Shown in pieces: positions 24,455 to 33,000 of a DNA stretch of 37,471 nt. The stretch spans positions 1 to 37,471 of IMG/VR virus record IMGVR_UViG_3300026907_000062. One strand, given 5' to 3'. A model generated the notes under the pieces. That model saw nothing but the letters and a program-made list of their open reading frames with translations. It was not told the DNA's origin and did no database searches. Numbering within the stretch: the first letter of the stretch is position 1; every line of letters starts with the position of its first letter. The translations under genes were made by a program, and so were the position numbers. This DNA comes from a virus (lineage: Duplodnaviria > Caudoviricetes).

Positions 24455-24647
24455 GTTACTGCGCTGGACGGAGAAAGACGTGCCCGCTTTCGCGCAGGAG
24501 CCATACGTGATCATGGCTGCTTTCCTGGCGGCGCCGGAGTTTGGCAAACCCGCAGATGGAGCGGCGTGGCTGTTCGGCCTAGCCCAGATCGAAGGCGGGA
24601 TTCAGGTACGTAAATCGCAGGATCCCGTTTACTCGGAATCGTTCTGA
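24309..24647 (+). CDS. Head-tail adaptor (P22 gp4-like)
   Basis: AAGGA RBS; LAPGETATAED motif; helical; position. Confidence 0.6.
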   Translation: MTTTNLPDLANQVLIKTTVLAPGETATAEDLKLAKQKLAAVHESLRAHELLRWTEKDVPAFAQEPYVIMAAFLAAPEFGKPADGAAWLFGLAQIEGGIQVRKSQDPVYSESF

Positions 24648-25015
24648 TGAATTTCGATCTGACCGTGATCATGGATGAGCCGCGTACCAGGGCCGACTGG
24701 AGCGTCGTTGCCGGCGATGATTTCGACGTGACTTTACGGGTATGGGCTACCGCCGCTGCCGTCGATCCGATGGATATGTCATCGTCGGAGCTGACTCTGG
24801 TTCTGACTCGCGGTTGGCGGGACGTGACCAACATTGCTGGCGCAGGGTCAATGAGTACAACCTTTAGCGTGCCTGCTTCAGCGACGAATTGGCCAGGCTG
24901 GTCCTGGTTCCCTGGCGGCCGGTGGCGGTGGCGCATCGTCCGCGTAGCTGCCGGGCTCACGACCACCATAGCCGGCGGCGTTCTGAACGTCTATAACCCT
25001 GAGCTTCCGGCATAG
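24647..25015 (+). CDS. Hypothetical virion protein
   Basis: Coupled ORF with a beta-rich pattern. Confidence 0.6.
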   Translation: MNFDLTVIMDEPRTRADWSVVAGDDFDVTLRVWATAAAVDPMDMSSSELTLVLTRGWRDVTNIAGAGSMSTTFSVPASATNWPGWSWFPGGRWRWRIVRVAAGLTTTIAGGVLNVYNPELPA

Positions 25016-25017
25016 CC

Positions 25018-26448
25018 ATGGAAATCCCATTCGTTGGCCCCGCCTATCGTGCGCGCAGCATGAACCTGAACGCGCAACGGTGCGTGAACTTCTATCTGGA
25101 GGCTGGTGGCCCCAATGGTCGCTCTGGCGCCGCACTGATCGGGACGCCTGGACTCGTTCGTAAGCTGGTTCTGCCCAACGCCCCATGCGAGATACGCGCC
25201 GCCGAAGTGTTCAAAGGCGAGCTTTGGGTTGTGGGTGGCAGCAAGTTGTACTCGATCACCCCGGGATGGGTAGCTACCGAACGCGGCACTTTGGGAACGT
25301 CTGAAGGCTTCGTGTCGATTCAGGCGAATTCATCCCAGCTCATGATTGTTGACGGGGTGTCCGGGTATATCTGGGACAACAAAGAGTCTGAGTTTTCGCA
25401 GATCACTGACCCGGAGTTCCCAGCCGGCGCCAAGACGGTTTCGTACCTGGACAACTATTTCATTGCCGAAACACCGGATACCGAGCAGTTCTCTATAAGC
25501 GCGCTTGGGGATGGCCTGAATTGGAATGGCGCGGACTTCACCAGCGCCGAGGGCGCACCGGACAACATCGTCACCCATCTGACCGATCACCGCCAGTTGT
25601 GGGTCTTGGGTGATAGCACTATCCAGATTTTCGAGAACACGGGCAATGCGGATTTCCCGCTAGAGGCCAGCGGTACGGCATTCATCGAGGTAGGTTGCGC
25701 TGCGGCCGCGAGTGCTGCGCGCTTTGACAACTCGGTGGTGTGGTTGGGGAAGGATGAGAACGGGCAGGGGATCGTTTGGCGTGCTGCCAACTACAACCCC
25801 ACGCGAATGTCTGACCATGGCCTGGAATTCGCGATGCAGAGCTATCCGCGGATCGATGATGCGCGGGCGTTTACCTATCAGCAAGACGGCCATACGTTCT
25901 ATGTCCTGACCTTTCCCACTGCGGATGCTACCTGGCACTTCGACGCCGCCACGGGGACATGGGCTGAACGGGCCTGGCTGGATACGGGTTCTGGCAAGCT
26001 GCATCGCCACCGGGCGAACTGCCATGCGGCATTCAACGGGCAGAACATCGTAGGCGACTGGGAGAACGGCATCCTATACGCCTTGGACCTGAACGCATTC
26101 ACCGATGACGGTTCAACGATTCTGTCTCTGCGTGCAGCTCCCACGCTGGCAAATGAGCAGCGTTATTTGTTCTTTTCGGCTCTTCAGGTGGATATCGAGG
26201 CTGGCGTAGGCACGCCAACCGGCCAAGGACAGATGCCCAAGATGATGTTGCGCTACTCGGATGATGGCGGCCACACCTGGAGCAATCGCCGAGAGGCCAC
26301 GATGGGGAAGATTGGCCAGTATGGCGCCCGTGCCAAGTGGAATCGCCTGGGGCGAGGCCGTAACCGAGTCTTCGAGGTCAGTGTTACGGACCCGGTTAAG
26401 CGCGTCATCCTGGGCGCGTTCGCGGACGTAGAGAAAGGGGTGTCCTGA
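25018..26448 (+). CDS. Tail hub / packaged-DNA stabilization protein (P22 gp10-like)
   Basis: FTSAEGAPDNIV, YQQDGHTFYVL, LRYSDDGGHTWS, WNRLGRGRNRVF. Confidence 0.88.
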   Translation: MEIPFVGPAYRARSMNLNAQRCVNFYLEAGGPNGRSGAALIGTPGLVRKLVLPNAPCEIRAAEVFKGELWVVGGSKLYSITPGWVATERGTLGTSEGFVSIQANSSQLMIVDGVSGYIWDNKESEFSQITDPEFPAGAKTVSYLDNYFIAETPDTEQFSISALGDGLNWNGADFTSAEGAPDNIVTHLTDHRQLWVLGDSTIQIFENTGNADFPLEASGTAFIEVGCAAAASAARFDNSVVWLGKDENGQGIVWRAANYNPTRMSDHGLEFAMQSYPRIDDARAFTYQQDGHTFYVLTFPTADATWHFDAATGTWAERAWLDTGSGKLHRHRANCHAAFNGQNIVGDWENGILYALDLNAFTDDGSTILSLRAAPTLANEQRYLFFSALQVDIEAGVGTPTGQGQMPKMMLRYSDDGGHTWSNRREATMGKIGQYGARAKWNRLGRGRNRVFEVSVTDPVKRVILGAFADVEKGVS

Positions 26449-26828
26449 TGGCAGATCCCATTCAGCAGACCACGCAGATCAATCTGCCGAACCCACGGAC
26501 GCCGCTAATCGTGGTGAAAGAGGGTATCGGCTACCCGACTCGCGAGTTTATGGCGCTGCTGCGCCAGTTTTCCATTCGCGTGGGCGGCACTGACGGCGAC
26601 GTGAACATCATCAACCCGGAGGCCGACATTTTCGCCTCCTTTGATTCTGGCTCGCCGCAAGACACTGCCTTGTCTATGGAGCCCTTCTTACTGGTTAGCC
26701 CCAACCAGTTGCAGGAAATGGTTGCGCATGCTGTCGCCGTAGAAATGTCCATGGCGAGGCAACAGACCGAACAAGCCAACGCTTTCGCCATCGAAATGAC
26801 GATGGGCGCGAGTTTCGAACCCGTCTAA
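26448..26828 (+). CDS. Hypothetical tail protein
   Basis: Coupled to the gp10-like gene; PTREFMALL motif. Confidence 0.65.
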   Translation: MADPIQQTTQINLPNPRTPLIVVKEGIGYPTREFMALLRQFSIRVGGTDGDVNIINPEADIFASFDSGSPQDTALSMEPFLLVSPNQLQEMVAHAVAVEMSMARQQTEQANAFAIEMTMGASFEPV

Positions 26829-26840
26829 GTAGGATCAGAC

Positions 26841-27185
26841 ATGCAACGTATACCTCTGCCAATCCCTGCGGCTCAACTCACGACGAGCGCTGCGGCCTAC
26901 TACACGACGCCTGGCGGCGGGACGGTGGCGACGATCAACAACCTGTCGCTTACCAACACGACGGGAACGGCCGCAACGGTGACGGTTCACCGCGTTCCCA
27001 GCGGCGGGACGCCTACGGCTGCAAACATGATCGTCAGCGCATACAGCATCCCGGCCGGAAAGACCTACTGCCCCCCGCAGGCGCAAGGTCTGCATCTGAG
27101 CACAGGGATGACGTTGCAAGCTCTGTCTGATACCGCAGCAGCTATCACGCTTGCGGGCGGCCTTTACGAAACCTCGGGGTCTTGA
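26841..27185 (+). CDS. Hypothetical virion protein (beta-sandwich-like)
   Basis: LTNTTGTAATVTVHRVPSGG pattern; AGGA RBS. Confidence 0.7.
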   Translation: MQRIPLPIPAAQLTTSAAAYYTTPGGGTVATINNLSLTNTTGTAATVTVHRVPSGGTPTAANMIVSAYSIPAGKTYCPPQAQGLHLSTGMTLQALSDTAAAITLAGGLYETSGS

Positions 27186-27766
27186 TGCAACATTTTCACT
27201 TCCTGGCGCATGGCGCCGACGTTAACCCGTTGATGCTGGCCATCCGCCGCCGCCCCGAGCTGTGGCAGGCAGATACATTCCTGCGCCACTACCCTCAGGG
27301 TCCATTCGGTCAAACCGAAACGATCATGCTGCGATTCCCCGAGAAGGTGGAAGGGCTGACGGAAGAGCAGATTGAAGCCTACAAGCAGAATCAACTGGCC
27401 GGACATGACCAGTATGAGGCCGTTGACTATCCGGCGTATGCCCAACTGCACGAAGCGCGGCCGTTGCTGATGAACCTAATGGCGCGTGTTCAAGGCGAGC
27501 GCCTGGGCCGCGTGATGATCAACAAGGTTGCACCTGGCGGTCGAATCTTCGCGCATGCCGATACACCGGAGCAAACGCGTTATTACACGCGCTTCCATAT
27601 CGTATTGCACGGCCTGCCTGGTGCGGTCCTGAAGGCGGGCGATGAACAGATCAACATGAATACCGGTGATGTGTTCTGGTTCGACAACAAGCAGATTCAC
27701 GAAGTCATCAATAACAGCGCCGACGACCGGGTAAGCATGGTCGTGGACATTCGGACGTCGAGGTAG
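27185..27766 (+). CDS. Asp/Asn beta-hydroxylase-like 2OG-Fe(II) oxygenase
   Basis: PGGRIFAHAD (HxD), RFHIVL, WFDNKQIHEVIN (distal H), DRVSMVVD (2OG-binding R). Confidence 0.85.
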   Translation: MQHFHFLAHGADVNPLMLAIRRRPELWQADTFLRHYPQGPFGQTETIMLRFPEKVEGLTEEQIEAYKQNQLAGHDQYEAVDYPAYAQLHEARPLLMNLMARVQGERLGRVMINKVAPGGRIFAHADTPEQTRYYTRFHIVLHGLPGAVLKAGDEQINMNTGDVFWFDNKQIHEVINNSADDRVSMVVDIRTSR

Positions 27767-27768
27767 GA

Positions 27769-28224
27769 ATGCTAACTGCATGTGTCGAATCGCTCACCGA
27801 GCGCCTGGAAGAGCTAAAGCCCCTGTTTCCGTTGCACTGGGAAGAGCTGGCTTTGAACAAAGACAAGGTGCCGCTGGATCCCCAGTATCCCGTCTACCTG
27901 CAGAGGGACGCGCGCGGAGAGGTGATTTTTGTCACCCTGCGGGACAAAGGCGAGTTGGTGGGCTACTTCGTCGGTTTCGTGGCGCCCGGCCTGCACTACC
28001 AGACGTGTCTGACCTGCCATTTGGACATCTTTTACCTTCGCCCCGATAAGCGCGGTGCCCGAGGTGGCGTGATCCTGTTCAAGGCTGTGGAAGCGGAATT
28101 GAAGCGGCGCGGCGTGCAGCGTTGGTTTGTTGGTTCGAAGGCGCACAAGGACGCGTCCCGTCTTTTCGAGGCTTTGGGCTTCGATCACGTCGAGACGACC
28201 TATAGCAAGTGGATTGGAGAATGA
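27769..28224 (+). CDS. GNAT-family acetyltransferase
   Basis: DIFYLRPDKRGARGG acetyl-CoA loop; LFEALGF. Confidence 0.8.
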   Translation: MLTACVESLTERLEELKPLFPLHWEELALNKDKVPLDPQYPVYLQRDARGEVIFVTLRDKGELVGYFVGFVAPGLHYQTCLTCHLDIFYLRPDKRGARGGVILFKAVEAELKRRGVQRWFVGSKAHKDASRLFEALGFDHVETTYSKWIGE

Positions 28225-28225
28225 T

Positions 28226-29398
28226 ATGGTCGCAGCAGCCGTAGGAGTAGGCAGCGCCGTCGCAGGTGTGGCTGGCAGCGCCATGAGTTCAAGCGCCGCC
28301 GGGAAAGCTGCTGGGGCGCAATCTCGCGCGGCAGAGGAAGCCAATCAGCTTCAGCGCGATATCTACGAGCAGAACCGGGGCAATCTGGAGCCCTACAACC
28401 AGTTCGGCCAAGCTGGCATGAACGCCTTGGCCTACCGGCTTGGCCTGGGAGGAATCGGACCGAATGGCCAAACTACTGGCCGTCAGCAGACCTACGATGA
28501 AATCCGCGCCGAGCTATTGCCTCAGTTCCAAGCTTCAGGGGGGTATTCTGGTGGAAATCCTCCCGACGTTCGAACCTTGACTGGCGGTGGTGCGGCTGGA
28601 AACTTTTCGGATGCGCAATGGGGCTACGACCCGAATGCCAAGAAATGGGGATATCAGCTGACCTACCAAGGTGGGGGGGATGCTGGGAACCCCTACACCA
28701 ACTGGATATATGCAGATAATGCCGGCTCGGGTGGAATGGATGAGGCGGGTCTAGAAGCCGCGATTCAGCAGCGGTTGGCACAGCAACAGGCAGCTCAAAC
28801 CGCTGCGCGCAACGACCCGCTCTATGGATCTTTGCTGAGTACTTTCAAAGAGTACAAGCCGTTCGGGATGTCGGACTTCCAGGCCGATCCCGGCTATCAG
28901 TTTCGCCAACAGCAAGGCGAGCAGGCGATTGAACGCATGGCCGCCGCTCGAGGTGGGTTGAACTCTGGGCGCGCTGCGAAGGATCTTGCATCCTTCAATT
29001 CTGGCTTGGCAAGCCAGGAATACCAGAATGCCTATGGCCGCTACAACAACGACTACCTGACTGGTTTTAACGCGTTCAATACGAACCAGAACAACATATA
29101 CAACCGCCTGATGGGTGTTACGGGGGTTGGCCAGAGTGCCGCCAACGCTTTGGCGGGCATCGGTTCGAACACTGCCAATCAGATCAGCAACAACACGTTG
29201 CAGGCTGGGAATGCTGCAGCCGCCGGCATCGTGGGCCAGCAAAACGCGATCAACAGCGGCATCGGATCAGTGACGAATGCGCTTACCGGCTACCTCGGGA
29301 GCAGGCCGCAGGGCACGAGCGGCTATAGCGGAACATTCCAGCCGGCAGGCGGTGTCGGTGGCCTTGGCAGCGGCCAAGGTGTTAACGGATGGTGGTAA
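28226..29398 (+). CDS. DNA ejection protein (P22 gp7-like)
   Basis: Gly/Ala-rich hydrophobic N-terminus; DPGYQFR..QG..AI...AAARGGLNSG. Confidence 0.78.
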   Translation: MVAAAVGVGSAVAGVAGSAMSSSAAGKAAGAQSRAAEEANQLQRDIYEQNRGNLEPYNQFGQAGMNALAYRLGLGGIGPNGQTTGRQQTYDEIRAELLPQFQASGGYSGGNPPDVRTLTGGGAAGNFSDAQWGYDPNAKKWGYQLTYQGGGDAGNPYTNWIYADNAGSGGMDEAGLEAAIQQRLAQQQAAQTAARNDPLYGSLLSTFKEYKPFGMSDFQADPGYQFRQQQGEQAIERMAAARGGLNSGRAAKDLASFNSGLASQEYQNAYGRYNNDYLTGFNAFNTNQNNIYNRLMGVTGVGQSAANALAGIGSNTANQISNNTLQAGNAAAAGIVGQQNAINSGIGSVTNALTGYLGSRPQGTSGYSGTFQPAGGVGGLGSGQGVNGWW

Positions 29399-29401
29399 CC
29401 C

Positions 29402-30640
29402 ATGGCACTTGATACGAACATCCCCCTTCAGATTCGTCCGCCGCAGATCGAAAGTCCGCAGAACGTGCTGATGGATGCGGTACGGCTCCAGGCTGCGCAA
29501 GGTCAGTTAGGCGAGCAGCAGAGAATGACCTCGGAGCGCAACGCCTTGGCCGAAGTTCTGCGGCAGCCGGGGACCTTTGGCGAAGACGGCCGGTTCAATC
29601 GTTCGGCGTTGCCGTCAATTGCCGCGGTGGCGCCGGAGTCTGCGCTCCAATACGCCGGCCTCGCCAATCAGCAAGACGCACTTGCCGATCAGGGACAGAT
29701 GCGCCGTATGCAGTTGGCCAAGCAGAACATGGAGGTTCAAGGGCGTCTGCTTCAAGGCGTGCGCGATGAATCCACCTATCAGAGCGCCAAACAGGCGGCG
29801 GCCCAAGCAGGTCTAGATGTGTCGCAACTGCCCCCAAACTATGACCCCGCCTGGGTGCAACAGGCGTTGGCTCGCACCATGAGCCAGTCGGAACAGTTCG
29901 ACATGCTGTACCGCCAGCAAATGATGCAACTCCAGCAGGAGCGGATGAATCTAGACCGCTCCGGCTTGTCCGCGCCTCAGCAAAGCTCCCAGGGATATTT
30001 CCAGACTGACAAGGCTGGCAATGTGCGCATGACGGTTGGCCCGGACGGTAAGCCTCTGATGCCGGTCACGCTGGATGCGAGTGGCCAGGGCGCAGTTGCC
30101 CAAGCCAAGGCTCGCGGCACGGCTCAAGGCAAAGCGCAGGTGGAGAACGAACAGGGATTCGGCCAAGCGGAGGCAACTGCAAATCAGATCCTTGGCGTTA
30201 TCGACCAGGCAATTGGGCACTCGTCTCGCGAGTCGTCTACGGGGTGGGAGTCCATGTTACCGGTACTCCCAGGTACGGGTCGGGCTGATTTTCAATCACT
30301 ACTTGATCAAATCGGCGGCCAAGCATTTTTGCAAGCGTTTGAAAGCCTTAAGGGTGGGGGGCAGATCACGGAAGTGGAAGGCCAGAAGGCAACCCAAGCG
30401 ATAGCACGACTTAAGACGAATCAACGCGATGCAACATTCTTGGCGTCCCTCCAAGAATTGCGTGATGTTGTATCCAAGGGCCTGGAACGCGCTCGTCGGA
30501 AAGCCGGGGCCGCGGGTCAAGTAGATACGGGCAGTGCTGCTCCCGCTGCGCCTCAGCGAGAAATCGCGCGCCGTGGTCGGCTGCCTGATGGTCGCCAGGT
30601 CGTGGAATATACCGACGGAACGCGTGAGGTCCTTCAATAA
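29402..30640 (+). CDS. DNA ejection protein (gp20 position)
   Basis: Gln/Ala-rich helical protein; AFLQAFESLKGGGQITEVEGQKA. Confidence 0.7.
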   Translation: MALDTNIPLQIRPPQIESPQNVLMDAVRLQAAQGQLGEQQRMTSERNALAEVLRQPGTFGEDGRFNRSALPSIAAVAPESALQYAGLANQQDALADQGQMRRMQLAKQNMEVQGRLLQGVRDESTYQSAKQAAAQAGLDVSQLPPNYDPAWVQQALARTMSQSEQFDMLYRQQMMQLQQERMNLDRSGLSAPQQSSQGYFQTDKAGNVRMTVGPDGKPLMPVTLDASGQGAVAQAKARGTAQGKAQVENEQGFGQAEATANQILGVIDQAIGHSSRESSTGWESMLPVLPGTGRADFQSLLDQIGGQAFLQAFESLKGGGQITEVEGQKATQAIARLKTNQRDATFLASLQELRDVVSKGLERARRKAGAAGQVDTGSAAPAAPQREIARRGRLPDGRQVVEYTDGTREVLQ

Positions 30641-32886
30641 TGCCCTACAACGATCTTCTGCGCCTGGTCGCTCAGGCTGAGAGTGGCAACCGAGACTATG
30701 ACTCGGCGGGGCGCGTCGTAACGTCACCTGTTGGCGCCAAAGGGCGTATGCAAGTGATGGACGCGACCAATCGAGATCCTGGCTTTGGCGTGCGTCCAGC
30801 TGTTGACGATAGCCTGGAGGAACGCGCACGCGTTGGTCAGGACTATCTGGCGGCTATGGTGCAACGATACGGTGGAGACATTCGTCGTGGTCTTGCAGCC
30901 TATAACGCCGGGCCTGGAAGCGTTGACCGTGCGCTAGAGCGTGCACAGCTCGCCGGGGATGCAGATTGGATGCGCTATCTGCCAAAGCCGCAGGAAACGG
31001 TTCCGTATGTCGAAAAGATCGTCGCAGGCATGCGCGGACAGCCCGGTGCGCTGGATCGCGTAGCAGCGGCGGTTTTCCCTTCAGCGGCGGCTGCATCGGC
31101 GCCAAACGTCGATTGGAACAGCGTCCAATGGGATGAGCCGCCCACGCAGGCTGCTGCGCCAGAAATCGACTGGAATACAGTGCAATGGGAGGCGGCTACC
31201 CCTGAAGCCGGCGTGTCTCGCAGCCCAGATGGGGCGCTGAGGGTGGAAATGTCGCAGGAGAGTGCGCCGGCGCCTGTCGAGCCGACTCAAGCTCAGAAGA
31301 TCCAGGCTAGCACCTTCGGCCGCATGGCTCAGGGCGCGGTAGTTGACCCACTGAACGCGGGCGCTCAACTGCTGGTGAACGCGGCACCTGGCGGCGTGGT
31401 GGATGCAGTGAACTCTGCTACACAGTACGTCAACGACCTGCCTGTAATTGGCCCCATTACGAAATTCCTTGGCATGACGCCAGCGACGGCTCAGGACGTG
31501 AACCAGGGGGTCCAACAACAGGAGCAGCAGTATCAGGCTGCGCGCCAGGCTGTCGGCAATGATGGATTCGATTGGGCCCGCCTGTCGGGCAATGTGGCGT
31601 CCACGGCACCGTTAGCTGCGGCGATGGCCCCGGCTGCAGGCCTATCTATCCCCGCGTCTATGAGCGCTGCGGCAGGATCCGGCGCGGTGCTGGGAGGTCT
31701 GCAGCCCGTCACGGAAGGCGGCGATTACGCTGAAAACAAGCTGCGCCAAATGGCTGTAGGTAGCCTCGCTAGTGGCGCGTTATCTGGTGTCGGAAACGCG
31801 CTTTCTCGGATCATCAGCCCTCGCGCCTCTGTGAATCCGAACGTGCAGACGTTGCTGGATGAGGGCGTTACGCCGACACCGGGCCAACTGATGGGCGGCA
31901 CCGCCCAGCGAGTCGAGGACAAGGCGGTTTCCATTCCCATTGTGGGCGATGCGATCCGCGGCGCGCGCGAGCGAGGCATTCAGGAGTTCAACGAGGCCGC
32001 GCTCAATCGCGCTGTGGCGCCTCTCGGTCAGCGAGTCAATGCGACCGGCAGGGAAGGCATGCAGCAAGTCCAGCGGATCATTGGTGACGCATATGACGAC
32101 ATCATGCCGCGGCTGACCTTCCGTGCCGATAACCAGTTCGCTCAAGAGCTGGGAACGCTGCAGCAGATGTCACAGAGTCTGCCGCCGCCTCAGGCCCAAC
32201 AGTTCGAACGCATCTTGAGGGAGCAGGTAGTAGGGCGCCTGACTCCCCAAGGGGTGGCTACCGGCCAAAACTTCCGCGCGATTGAGTCCGAACTGGGACG
32301 TCTCGGGGCCAACTACCGCAGTAGCGCAGTAGCCGGCGAACGAGAGCTAGGGATGGCGCTCACGGAGCTGCAATCGTCTCTGCGCGAAACCCTGGCGCGG
32401 GCTAATCCTCAACTCTCCCAGGAACTGGGCGCTATCAACCGTTCCTACGCCATGCTGACTCGCCTTGAACGTGCGGCAGGTGGCCAGGCGGCAGAGAGCG
32501 GGGTATTCACGCCTGCGCAATTCTCTGCTGCCGTTCGCGCAGGGGATAGCACGGTTCGAAAAAACGCCTATGCCCGCGGGGAAGCGTTGATGCAAGACCT
32601 TTCCGATGCCGGGCGCGCCGTCATGAACAGCCGTGTGCCGAACTCAGGGACGTTTGACCGAGGGGCGCTCGTCGGCACCATCGGTGCGGCCGCCGCTAAC
32701 CCGCTTACCCCAGTATGGCTCGGCGCGGCGAGTCTGCCGTACCTGCGTGGGGCGAATCGCCTGGCAGCAGCGCTTATAGCACGCCGCCCAGAAATCGCCC
32801 CACAGCTTGCAGAGCGCATATCCGGCGTCCTGCCTGCAGCGGGCGTCGTGGCCGCTCCAGCCTTGAATCAACTCTTTCAGCCATGA
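30640..32886 (+). CDS. DNA ejection protein (gp16 position) with an N-terminal lytic transglycosylase
   Basis: QAESG, GAKGRMQVM, LAAYNAGPG, ETVPYV SLT motifs. Confidence 0.85.
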   Translation: MPYNDLLRLVAQAESGNRDYDSAGRVVTSPVGAKGRMQVMDATNRDPGFGVRPAVDDSLEERARVGQDYLAAMVQRYGGDIRRGLAAYNAGPGSVDRALERAQLAGDADWMRYLPKPQETVPYVEKIVAGMRGQPGALDRVAAAVFPSAAAASAPNVDWNSVQWDEPPTQAAAPEIDWNTVQWEAATPEAGVSRSPDGALRVEMSQESAPAPVEPTQAQKIQASTFGRMAQGAVVDPLNAGAQLLVNAAPGGVVDAVNSATQYVNDLPVIGPITKFLGMTPATAQDVNQGVQQQEQQYQAARQAVGNDGFDWARLSGNVASTAPLAAAMAPAAGLSIPASMSAAAGSGAVLGGLQPVTEGGDYAENKLRQMAVGSLASGALSGVGNALSRIISPRASVNPNVQTLLDEGVTPTPGQLMGGTAQRVEDKAVSIPIVGDAIRGARERGIQEFNEAALNRAVAPLGQRVNATGREGMQQVQRIIGDAYDDIMPRLTFRADNQFAQELGTLQQMSQSLPPPQAQQFERILREQVVGRLTPQGVATGQNFRAIESELGRLGANYRSSAVAGERELGMALTELQSSLRETLARANPQLSQELGAINRSYAMLTRLERAAGGQAAESGVFTPAQFSAAVRAGDSTVRKNAYARGEALMQDLSDAGRAVMNSRVPNSGTFDRGALVGTIGAAAANPLTPVWLGAASLPYLRGANRLAAALIARRPEIAPQLAERISGVLPAAGVVAAPALNQLFQP

Positions 32887-32960
32887 GATCACCCAAGGCA
32901 GTACCCCGAGAATCGCGCCGCCAATAAGAACGCGCCAAAACTGTTCGTCATTCATTCATG

Positions 32961-32989
32961 TGCCCCGCCCCGTGCGGGGCATTTTTATT
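32961..32989 (+). terminator. Intrinsic terminator before the tailspike
   Basis: TGCCCCGC/GCGGGGCA stem followed by TTTTTATT. Confidence 0.75.
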
Positions 32990-33000
32990 GAGGTTAAGAA

